DNA of 17,961 bases from Vulcanimicrobiales bacterium (GTDB lineage Bacteria; Vulcanimicrobiota; Vulcanimicrobiia; Vulcanimicrobiales; Vulcanimicrobiaceae), in contig JBBQQR010000030.1 of the NCBI GenBank assembly GCA_038215615.1, forward strand, positions 1 to 17,961. Reading direction: 5' to 3'. The notes beneath the pieces were generated by a model that was not told the origin of the DNA, made no database searches, and saw nothing but the letters and a program-made list of their open reading frames with translations. Shown one piece after another: positions 8,876-16,513 of this stretch (its first letter is position 1; each line of letters starts with the position of its first letter). A program made the translations under genes and the position numbers.

Positions 8876-9904
8876 ATGGCAAGCACCGCGGCCCAGCGCA
8901 CACCCGATTTCGAACGGCACGGCTTAAGCGACGAGCAACTCGTCGCGATGCTGCGCGTCATGATCTTGCACCGCACGCTGGAAAACCGCGGCTTCGCGCT
9001 CAACCGCCAAGGCAAGATTCCGTTCGCGTCGGCCAGCGAGGGTCACGAAGCAGTACAAGCGGGCGCGGCGATGGCGTTCGAGCGCGGCAAAGATATTTTG
9101 GTCCCATACTATCGCGATCTCGGATTGGACCTCGGGATCGGTCTGACTCCATATGAAGTGATGCTCTCACTTTTCGCGCGCATCGACGACCACAGCGCGG
9201 GGCGGCAGTTTCCACATCATTATGCCAGCAAAAAGCTGGGCCTCTACACGATCAGTTCCGTCATTGCCGCGCAAACCTCGCATGCCGTCGGCGCCGCCTA
9301 TGCGATGAAGCTGCGAAAGGAACGCGGGCGCGCGGTTCTTACGACGTTCGGCGACGGCGCGACCAGCGAAGGCGAGTGGCACGAAGCCGTCAACTTCGCC
9401 GCGACTCACAAACTGCCGGTCGTTTTCTTGTGCGAAAATAACGAATGGGCGATCAGTACACCGCTCTCCGCGCAGATGGGCCAGCCGGACGTCTACAAAC
9501 GCGCAGCCGGCTACGGGATGCCGGGCGTGGTCGTCAACGGCTTCGATCCGCTCGGGTGCTACGCGGTGACCAAAGAGGCGTTGGACCGCGCCCGGCTCGG
9601 CGGCGGTCCGACCCTTATCGAAGCCAAATGCTACCGTTTTCTCTCGCACACGACCGATGATGACGACCGCAGCTACCGCACGCGCGAAGAAGTCGACGAG
9701 CGCCGCAAGGAAGACCCCGTGCCGGCATTCGAGCGCGTGCTGGTGGAACAGGGCGTCCTCACAACCCAGTCGCTGGAAGGCCTGAAGTCCTCAATTCTGG
9801 CCGAGACCAACGAAGCAACCGACCGGGCCGAGTCCGTCGCGTATCCGCGCCCCGAGGACCTCTTCACCCGCCTCCACGAGGGTCCGTGGGAGCCCTGGCA
9901 ATAA
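8876..9904 (+). CDS. 2-oxoacid dehydrogenase E1 alpha, branched-chain (BkdAA-like), copy 1
   Basis: RQGKIPF, PYYRD, GRQFP.H, ThDP motif GDGATSEG...ENN, YRFLSHTTDDDD..YR; 342 aa from ATG 8876. Confidence 0.95.
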   Translation: MASTAAQRTPDFERHGLSDEQLVAMLRVMILHRTLENRGFALNRQGKIPFASASEGHEAVQAGAAMAFERGKDILVPYYRDLGLDLGIGLTPYEVMLSLFARIDDHSAGRQFPHHYASKKLGLYTISSVIAAQTSHAVGAAYAMKLRKERGRAVLTTFGDGATSEGEWHEAVNFAATHKLPVVFLCENNEWAISTPLSAQMGQPDVYKRAAGYGMPGVVVNGFDPLGCYAVTKEALDRARLGGGPTLIEAKCYRFLSHTTDDDDRSYRTREEVDERRKEDPVPAFERVLVEQGVLTTQSLEGLKSSILAETNEATDRAESVAYPRPEDLFTRLHEGPWEPWQ

Positions 9905-9914
9905 GGTAGACTCG

Positions 9915-10943
9915 ATGGCCAACATCCCCACGCAGGTCCGGAAGGCGCTCGACCGTCACGGGCTTTCCGACGATCAGCTCAAAACGATTTTCCGAACGAT
10001 GTTGCTCCAGCGGCAGCTCGACAACCGCGGCTTTCAGCTCAACCGTCAAGGAAAAGTCCCATTTGCGCTCGGCAGCGAGGGGCATGAAGCACTGCAAGCC
10101 GGCGCGGCCATGGCGTTTGTTCGCGGCAAAGATATTCTGGCGCCCTACTATCGCGATCTGGGGCTCTCGATCGGCATCGGACTTTCGCCTTACGAGATCA
10201 TGCTCTCGATCTTCGCGCGCGCCGACGATCACAACGGTGGCCGGCAATTCCCCAATCACTACTCTTCGAAGCGCGCCGGCCTCATGTCGTTCTCGTCGAT
10301 TTTGGCCGCGCATATTCCGCATGCCGTCGGCGCAGCGTACGCCTTCAAGTATCGTAAGGAAACGGGCCGCGCCGTCCTGGTAACATTCGGCGACGGCACA
10401 ACCAGCGAAGGCGAATGGCACGAGTCCATGAATTTCGCGGCCGTCCACCAATTGCCGATCGTCTTCTTGTGTGAAAATAACCAGTGGGCGATTTCGACCC
10501 CCCTCGCGCTGCAAATGGGACAGCCCAATATTTACAAACGCGCCGAGGGCTACGGCATGCCGGGCGAGCAGTTCGACGGCTTCGATCCGTTGGCGACCTA
10601 CGACGCGGTTGCACGCGCGATGGAACGCGCGCGCAACGGGGGCGGTCCAACGCTGCTCGAAGGCGTCTGCTACCGCTTCTTAGCGCACTCGACCGACGAC
10701 AACGACATGACCTACCGCTCGCGCGAAGACGTCACGGAACGGCGCAAGGGCGATCCGGTTCCGCGTTTTGAAAACCTGTTGCTCGAAGCGGGCATCATGA
10801 GCGCAGAGCAAGTCGCCGCGATGAAGCAAGACGTGCTGCGCGAAACCAACGAAGCCACCGACAAAGCCGAAGCCATGCCGTTTCCGGCGGCGGACGATCT
10901 CTACAAACACGTCTACGAAGGAGCCTGGGAACCGTGGCAGTAG
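9915..10943 (+). CDS. 2-oxoacid dehydrogenase E1 alpha, branched-chain (BkdAA-like), copy 2
   Basis: RQGKVPF, PYYRD, GDGTTSEG...ENN, YRFLAHSTDD.D..YR; 342 aa; TAAGG SD-like sequence upstream. Confidence 0.95.
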   Translation: MANIPTQVRKALDRHGLSDDQLKTIFRTMLLQRQLDNRGFQLNRQGKVPFALGSEGHEALQAGAAMAFVRGKDILAPYYRDLGLSIGIGLSPYEIMLSIFARADDHNGGRQFPNHYSSKRAGLMSFSSILAAHIPHAVGAAYAFKYRKETGRAVLVTFGDGTTSEGEWHESMNFAAVHQLPIVFLCENNQWAISTPLALQMGQPNIYKRAEGYGMPGEQFDGFDPLATYDAVARAMERARNGGGPTLLEGVCYRFLAHSTDDNDMTYRSREDVTERRKGDPVPRFENLLLEAGIMSAEQVAAMKQDVLRETNEATDKAEAMPFPAADDLYKHVYEGAWEPWQ

Positions 10944-11938
10944 CGACTTCTTCCTCGCAAGTGCTCAACAACGTCGAAGCGGTGCGCGCGACGTTATACG
11001 AAGCGCTCAAGGCCGACGACAAGGTCGTGATTTTAGGCGAAGACGTCGGCAGCCGCGGCAACGTCTTTCTGATCACCAAAGATTTCGTGAAAGAGTTCGG
11101 CACCGAGCGCATCATCGATACGCCGATCGCCGAGGCGTCGATCGTCGGCATCGCCGTCGGCATGGCGATGGAAGGCCTGCGCCCGATCGCCGAGATTCAG
11201 TTTGCCGATTTCATCTATCCGGCGTTCAACCAGATCGTCGGCGAAGCCGCCAAGACACGCTATCGCTCTAACGGCGAGTACACATGCCCGATGGTCATTC
11301 GCACACCATACGGCGGCGGCGTGCGCGGCGCGCTCTCGCACTCCGTTTCGGTCGAAGCGCTTTTCTATCACGTGCCGGGGCTCAAAATCGTCGTGCCATC
11401 GTTTCCGGCCGACGTCAAAGGCTTGCTCAACGCGGCGATCGACGATCCCGATCCGGTGCTCTTCCTCGAACACAAGAAAACCTATCGCCTCATTAAAGGC
11501 GAGGTGCCCGACGGCCATTACGTCATTCCGATCGGCAAGGCCGACGTGAAGAAGGAAGGCTCGCAACTCACCGTCGTTTCGTACGGGCTGTACGTTCACT
11601 GGGCGCTAGAAGCCGCCAACCAAATCGAAGGCGATGGCATGTCGGTCGAAGTGATCGACTTGCGTTCGGTGCGCCCGATGGACAAGGGCGCGATCTTAGA
11701 GAGCGTTCGGAAGACGCGCAAACTGCTGATCATTCACGAGGACAATAAATTTGGAGGCATCGGCGCGGAAATCAGCGCGATGGTCGCCGAGGAAGCGCTC
11801 TTCGATCTCGACGCGCCGATACGCCGGCTGTGCGCGCCCGACGTTCCCGCGATGGGCTACGCGATGCCGCTCGAGGAAGCGTATATGAGTTCGCCGGCCA
11901 AAATGGCCGACGCGATGCGCGATATGGTGAACTTCTAG
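10934..11938 (+). CDS. 2-oxoacid dehydrogenase E1 beta (BkdAB-like)
   Basis: GEDVG, DTPIAE, EIQFADF, PYGGGV.G...HS, LEHKK.YR, EVIDLRS. Confidence 0.96.
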   Translation: MAVATSSSQVLNNVEAVRATLYEALKADDKVVILGEDVGSRGNVFLITKDFVKEFGTERIIDTPIAEASIVGIAVGMAMEGLRPIAEIQFADFIYPAFNQIVGEAAKTRYRSNGEYTCPMVIRTPYGGGVRGALSHSVSVEALFYHVPGLKIVVPSFPADVKGLLNAAIDDPDPVLFLEHKKTYRLIKGEVPDGHYVIPIGKADVKKEGSQLTVVSYGLYVHWALEAANQIEGDGMSVEVIDLRSVRPMDKGAILESVRKTRKLLIIHEDNKFGGIGAEISAMVAEEALFDLDAPIRRLCAPDVPAMGYAMPLEEAYMSSPAKMADAMRDMVNF

Positions 11939-13302
11939 TGGCCACAACGATTACGATGCCGCAACTCGGCGAGACGGTTACCGAAGGCACCGTCGAGCGC
12001 TGGCTGAAGAAAGCCGGCGACCCGGTCGAAAAATACGAAGCCTTCCTCGAAGTTTCGACCGACAAGGTAAACTCCGAAGTCCCCTCGCCGGTTACCGGAA
12101 CGATTCGCGAGCTGCTCGTGCAAGAAGGCACGACCGTTGCAACCGGCACGCCGATCGCCGTGATCGACGACGTGGGCGCAGCGAAAGCTGCCGCGCCTGA
12201 AACCGCGGCGCAGCCTCCAAAATCCCGCGACGCAATGGCTGAAAGCGCCAACGCGGAGCCGGTTCCCGGCTTCAATATCCCGCAACTCGAGGTAAAGTCG
12301 GCGGCCGCATCCAGCGGTGCGCGGGCGAAAGCACAGCCGCATAGCAATGGGCAGCGGGAGGAAGCCGCACTGCGCGGCGTCTCGCCGGCCGTCCGGCGCT
12401 TAGCCCGCGAACACCATGTCGACGTTCGTGACGTTCGTGGATCCGGCGCGAACGGACGCGTCACCGCCGATGACGTACTTGCCGCGACTAAACTTACGCC
12501 GTCGCCTGCAGTAGCCGCTGCTCCGGCGGCGCCGGCCCAAACATTCCGGGGACCCGCGAAGCCGGGGCCTGGCAATACCAGTACGTACGCCGATCCGATT
12601 CCCGGCACGACGATCAACCTGAGCAGCATGCGCCGCATCATCGCGGAGCGGATGGTCGAATCGCGCAAAACGGCGCCGCACGCGTGGTCGATGGTCGAAG
12701 TCGACGTCACCAACGTCTGGGAATGGCGTAAACGAGAAAAGGAACGCTTCGAACGCGACACCGGCGTCAAACTCACGCTTCTTCCGTTCTTCATTCGCGC
12801 GGTCGTCGAGTCGCTCGCCGTGTTCCCGCTCATGAACTCAAAGTTCATCGCGGACGGCCCGGCAATTCACGTCGAAAAAGACATGAACATCGGCATCGCG
12901 ATCGGGTTGCCTGCGAATCTCGTCGTCCCGGTTATCAAACATGCCGACAAACTTTCGATTAAGGGAATCGCGCTGGCCGCCGGCGACCTGATCGACCGCG
13001 CGCGCCGCAGCAAATTGACAGCCGACGATCTCAAAGAGGGCACGTTCACCGTCAACAACACCGGCGCGAACGGTTCGCTCGCATCAGCACCGATCATCAA
13101 TGCCGGCCAGGCGGGCATCGTTACGATGGAAACCGTCGTCAAACGTCCGATGATCATGGACGACGACGCCATCGCGATCCGCTATATGATGAATTCATGC
13201 CTTTCTTTGGATCATCGCGTGGTCGACGGTTATGTCGCTAGCGGTTTCCTCGCCGACCTCAAGAAGCGCTTGGAATCGATGGGTCCCCGCGGCGCGCTCT
13301 AA
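11938..13302 (+). CDS. Dihydrolipoamide acyltransferase E2
   Basis: Single lipoyl domain (MPQLGETVTEG...TDKV), Ala/Pro linker, E3/E1-binding domain SPAVRRLARE...GSG.NGRVT..DV, catalytic DHRVVDG. GTG at 11938 overlaps the E1-beta TAG. Confidence 0.97.
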   Translation: MATTITMPQLGETVTEGTVERWLKKAGDPVEKYEAFLEVSTDKVNSEVPSPVTGTIRELLVQEGTTVATGTPIAVIDDVGAAKAAAPETAAQPPKSRDAMAESANAEPVPGFNIPQLEVKSAAASSGARAKAQPHSNGQREEAALRGVSPAVRRLAREHHVDVRDVRGSGANGRVTADDVLAATKLTPSPAVAAAPAAPAQTFRGPAKPGPGNTSTYADPIPGTTINLSSMRRIIAERMVESRKTAPHAWSMVEVDVTNVWEWRKREKERFERDTGVKLTLLPFFIRAVVESLAVFPLMNSKFIADGPAIHVEKDMNIGIAIGLPANLVVPVIKHADKLSIKGIALAAGDLIDRARRSKLTADDLKEGTFTVNNTGANGSLASAPIINAGQAGIVTMETVVKRPMIMDDDAIAIRYMMNSCLSLDHRVVDGYVASGFLADLKKRLESMGPRGAL

Positions 13303-13350
13303 AGCGAGCGGCGTGGTGAGCCCGAGTATTGCCATGGTGAGTCGAGTGTT

Positions 13351-13373
13351 GTCATCCTGAGCTTGTCGAAGGA
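13351..13373 (+). repeat. REP-like palindromic element GTCATCCTGAGCTTGTCGAAGGA, single copy
   Basis: Intergenic, downstream of E2. GTCA tag followed by an imperfect hairpin (TCCT/AGGA, tandem GA, G-C). Recognised as similar to CGTC/GTCA-tagged REP families. Confidence 0.7.
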
Positions 13374-13412
13374 CCCCGAGCAGCGCGCCCACGGCGCGCA
13401 TGAAGGGCGAAA

Positions 13413-13829
13413 GTGAAAGCACCGCCGTTTACGATCGCCGGCATCGATCACTTATTGCTCCACGTCAACGGCATGGATCGTAACCTCGCCTTTTACGAGG
13501 GCGTGCTAGGATGCGCCATCGAGACGCGCATCCCGGGACTCGGTATGGCCGAGCTGCGAGCCGGCGGTTCGCACATCGACCTCGTTGATGTCACTACCCC
13601 CGAAGGCGCTTGGGCTAAAGGCCCCCCAAACGGCGGCCGCAACATCGATCATTTCGCGCTAGCGATAGACCATTGCGACATCCAGCAGTTGCGAGACCAT
13701 CTCAAAACCAACAGCGTCGACATCACTGAAGAGCGCGAAGAAGGCGGCCCGCAAGGAAAGTCGCTTTCACTCTACCTACGCGACCCGTCAGATAATATGA
13801 TCGAGCTACTCTGCCGGGAGCCTCGCTGA
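13413..13829 (+). CDS. VOC/glyoxalase family protein
   Basis: GIDHLLLHV...FYEGVLG, IDHFAL, SLYLRDPSDNMIEL. Confidence 0.92.
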   Translation: MKAPPFTIAGIDHLLLHVNGMDRNLAFYEGVLGCAIETRIPGLGMAELRAGGSHIDLVDVTTPEGAWAKGPPNGGRNIDHFALAIDHCDIQQLRDHLKTNSVDITEEREEGGPQGKSLSLYLRDPSDNMIELLCREPR

Positions 13830-14328
13830 AACCTAAAGGCACCGTCACACTCGATGTACTTGATGTCGACGATTGGCCGCTGTGGCGCGAGCTTCGCATT
13901 GAAGCCCTTCGTGAAGCGCCGTACGCATTCGGCTCAATTCTAAGCGACCGGCAGGGAACGGGCGATACAGAAGAGCGCTGGAGGGCGCGTCTTACCGACG
14001 TTCCGGTAAATATCGTCGCCCACCTCGCCGACAAGCCTGCGGGAATGGTCGGTGCGATCACTAGCGGCGAGGGTCGTGCGGTCGAACTCATTTCGATGTG
14101 GTCGCACCGTTTGCGCGCGGACAGAGCATCGGCGACGCACTGATTCTGGCAGTTGTTTCTTGGGCGAAAGAGCAGCACGCGGACCGCGTCGCCCTAGCTG
14201 TCCGGAGTGACAATGCGCACGCGATAGCACTTTACGCCCGCCATGGATTTATCGACAGTGGACCTGTTCGGGACCTTGCTGAAAACGAGCCGCCGGAACG
14301 CGCCATGGTCATGCGCTTCCCTGATTGA
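13826..14328 (+). pseudogene. GNAT N-acetyltransferase, frameshifted
   Basis: Frame 1 from CTG 13826 reads ..DDWPLWRELRIEALREAPYAFGS...VELISMW and stops at 14141-14143. Frame 2 from 14101 reads VAPFARGQSIGDALI...NAHAIALYARHGF. Adding one G at 14101 gives a 167-aa GNAT. Confidence 0.88.
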
Positions 14329-14371
14329 AGTTCAGCTGTTCCGTAGTGACGGCCGAGTGTCGAGGATTCGA

Positions 14372-14400
14372 GGGTTCGAGCCCATTCAGCGTCGCCAGAT
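14372..14400 (+). repeat. Direct repeat copy 1, tRNA-3'-end-like
   Basis: GGGTTCGAGCCCATTCAGCGTCGCCAGAT; 28/29 identical to 16247-16275. Confidence 0.9.
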
Positions 14401-14409
14401 CTCAGCGCC

Positions 14410-16149
14410 TCAGCGTGAGCCGCTCAGCTCCAGGCGCAGGCGAAGGTGCGCAATCTCAGCTCGCGCTTTTGCAGCTTCGATGTGATCGTAAGCGGACGCG
14501 GCGTTGAAGGCCAGCAGCGCTAACAATTCGCGCTCCTCGGAATTGAGCGCGGCGCCATCAGTGTGGGCCCCGTAAAAAGTCACTCCGAACAAGTCACCGC
14601 GAGCCTTAAGCGGGATCGCGATCATCGGAGCGGCCACGCCGCCCGGGAGCGAGTCGACACGCCAAGATAGATGCTCCACGAAGAGCGGGCTCGTGGCCGC
14701 GCGTAACTGCGGCACGAGTTCATCGGTGCGTTCGAACGATTGAAGCATTGCTTGCGGCCATCCATGGCTGCCCGCCTGAACAAAGCACGCGCCATCCTCG
14801 GAAAGTAGAAAGAGGGCAGACGAAGCCAGATCCAAGGTTCGAACCGGTTCGTTCACGAGGAATGTTATTATTGTGGGTTCCGCATCAGTGTGCAAGAGCG
14901 AAGCCGCGATATGCCGGAGACGATTGAAGGCGAGAAGTTGACGGCGAAAAAAGACGGAATCAACGAATCGCTCAACCCGGCGGCTCAGCGAATTCACGGC
15001 AAAGGCGATCGAAACGGCCGCAATCAACCCAGCGTACGCCGCCAGGTTCGTCCCCTCGAAAATTCTACCGGCGAGCCATTCAACCAGCGCGAAAGCTCCA
15101 ACGATGAGGGCTGTTACCGCGCCATAGACGACGGCGCGGCTCACCGCAAACCGGATGTCAACTACTCGGTACTGAGTCATCGCGTAGAGTAGTGCGACGG
15201 CAACGACAAGGGGGCTGATCGACGCAAGCGCGTAGAGGGTTAAGAACGTGATGGAGTATGCGTTTGAAGCTGAAAGCGAATAGAACTCCGGAACAACGCT
15301 ATCAAAAATGAGAGCAAATGCTAGGGCCGACACAACCCAAGCAATTCTCTGACGTTGCGCACGGCGGCCCGTTACGTACGCTTCAACGAGGACTACGAGC
15401 GTTATTACCGAGAGCGAAACCTCCCACCAAAATGAGTTGAGGAAAGGTAGCTGTAGCGGGTGTAGGTTGAGGTACATGATAGCTGCGGTAGCAGACAGGA
15501 CTGAATATGCTAGCCCGAGCACAAGCGCGATGCTTGTTAACGGAATGTGCCAGCGGCGCTTCTCGTCATGCAAGAACCAGACGGCGAAATAGAGGAGCGC
15601 CACCACCGACAGCGGGTCCAAGAAAGCTTTTGCTAAGTGGTCGGCGATGGCGACGGGATACTGCCAGTATTGATTGCACAGGCTGACAGTCGTCATTATG
15701 GCGTAAACCATGAAAGCCCATGTCGCGCGCTGGGGACGCAAAAAGAGCAGAACTCCGGCTAACGCTAGCAAGAGTGAGCAAACAGCGCGCTTCCACGGAC
15801 TGATTGGGTCGACCGGAAGAGACGGTACAACGCGATGAATGTTACGCTCGACGCCGGCGTGAACCACGGCTAATGTCAATAGCGTTCCCGCAGTGGGCGG
15901 CCTACCCAGTTCATAAAAACGTGAAGCTGCAGACATGTGGGCATAATTTATGCGATCGCCGACTACGATGCCGGCTCGGCTGGCCATCCCATTTGGGACG
16001 ACGAATATCACCTTGGCTTCCGGCGGCGGTGTTGTACGCATACCTAACCAGAACCCCGCATGCAAAAGGCCCCAAAACGAAAGGCTGACGTAAAACAGAC
16101 CCAGGATGACAAGAGCGACGGCCAGGATTCGCTGAGAATAAATTTTCAA
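14410..16149 (-). CDS. Membrane sensor-like protein: N-terminal TM/signal, PDZ-like domain, multi-TM region, C-terminal GAF-like domain
   Basis: VVPNGMASRAGIVVGDRI (PDZ-like), many hydrophobic segments, 'RVERFVDSVFFR', and IAIPLKARGDLFGVTFYG...LNSEERELLALLAFNAASA (GAF-like). TTG start. Confidence 0.8.
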   Translation of the reverse strand: MKIYSQRILAVALVILGLFYVSLSFWGLLHAGFWLGMRTTPPPEAKVIFVVPNGMASRAGIVVGDRINYAHMSAASRFYELGRPPTAGTLLTLAVVHAGVERNIHRVVPSLPVDPISPWKRAVCSLLLALAGVLLFLRPQRATWAFMVYAIMTTVSLCNQYWQYPVAIADHLAKAFLDPLSVVALLYFAVWFLHDEKRRWHIPLTSIALVLGLAYSVLSATAAIMYLNLHPLQLPFLNSFWWEVSLSVITLVVLVEAYVTGRRAQRQRIAWVVSALAFALIFDSVVPEFYSLSASNAYSITFLTLYALASISPLVVAVALLYAMTQYRVVDIRFAVSRAVVYGAVTALIVGAFALVEWLAGRIFEGTNLAAYAGLIAAVSIAFAVNSLSRRVERFVDSVFFRRQLLAFNRLRHIAASLLHTDAEPTIITFLVNEPVRTLDLASSALFLLSEDGACFVQAGSHGWPQAMLQSFERTDELVPQLRAATSPLFVEHLSWRVDSLPGGVAAPMIAIPLKARGDLFGVTFYGAHTDGAALNSEERELLALLAFNAASAYDHIEAAKARAEIAHLRLRLELSGSR

Positions 16150-16246
16150 CGTCGCGTCACGTTTGAAATGACGCCGAGAATTTCCCCTCGGATTCCCCTC
16201 AGACCAGCGCCTTCGGCTGGTAACGGACGTCGCAGCGGAGGGCGAG

Positions 16247-16275
16247 GGGTTCGAGCCCTTTCAGCGTCGCCAGAT
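16247..16275 (+). repeat. Direct repeat copy 2, tRNA-3'-end-like
   Basis: GGGTTCGAGCCCTTTCAGCGTCGCCAGAT. Confidence 0.9.
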
Positions 16276-16513
16276 TTAATAAGCTGAAGAAAGCGCCACT
16301 ATCACGTCGGGAATTTTTATTATCGACTGGCGGTATCGGCTCACCCGCGAGTCACCGTAAAATTGCATTCGTCGTTGCCGTAGAAATGGACGTTGCCGGA
16401 GACCTGATTGTCGTTCATCTGCCGGTCAGCCGAAGTGGTGGGCGAACGGCAGGAGGAATCTCCGCTGACTCCAAGCTCGCTGGGAGCCTTCTCGTTGCTA
16501 ATGGAGCACGATC

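Noticed and set aside
8876..10943. E1-alpha duplication as an assembly artefact
   Set aside because: The copies are only ~64% identical in protein, with differences throughout.
14090..14110. Programmed -1 frameshift in the GNAT
   Set aside because: No slippery heptamer at the site, and other lesions suggest decay.
16170..16272. Intact tRNA gene (GACGCCG at 16170 could pair imperfectly with CAGCGTC before GCCA)
   Set aside because: 103 nt long, with an acceptor mismatch and no convincing D-arm or anticodon arm; only the 3' part is tRNA-like.
14372..16275. CRISPR array from the 29-bp repeats
   Set aside because: Only two copies, 1.9 kb apart, with a gene between them and no cas genes.
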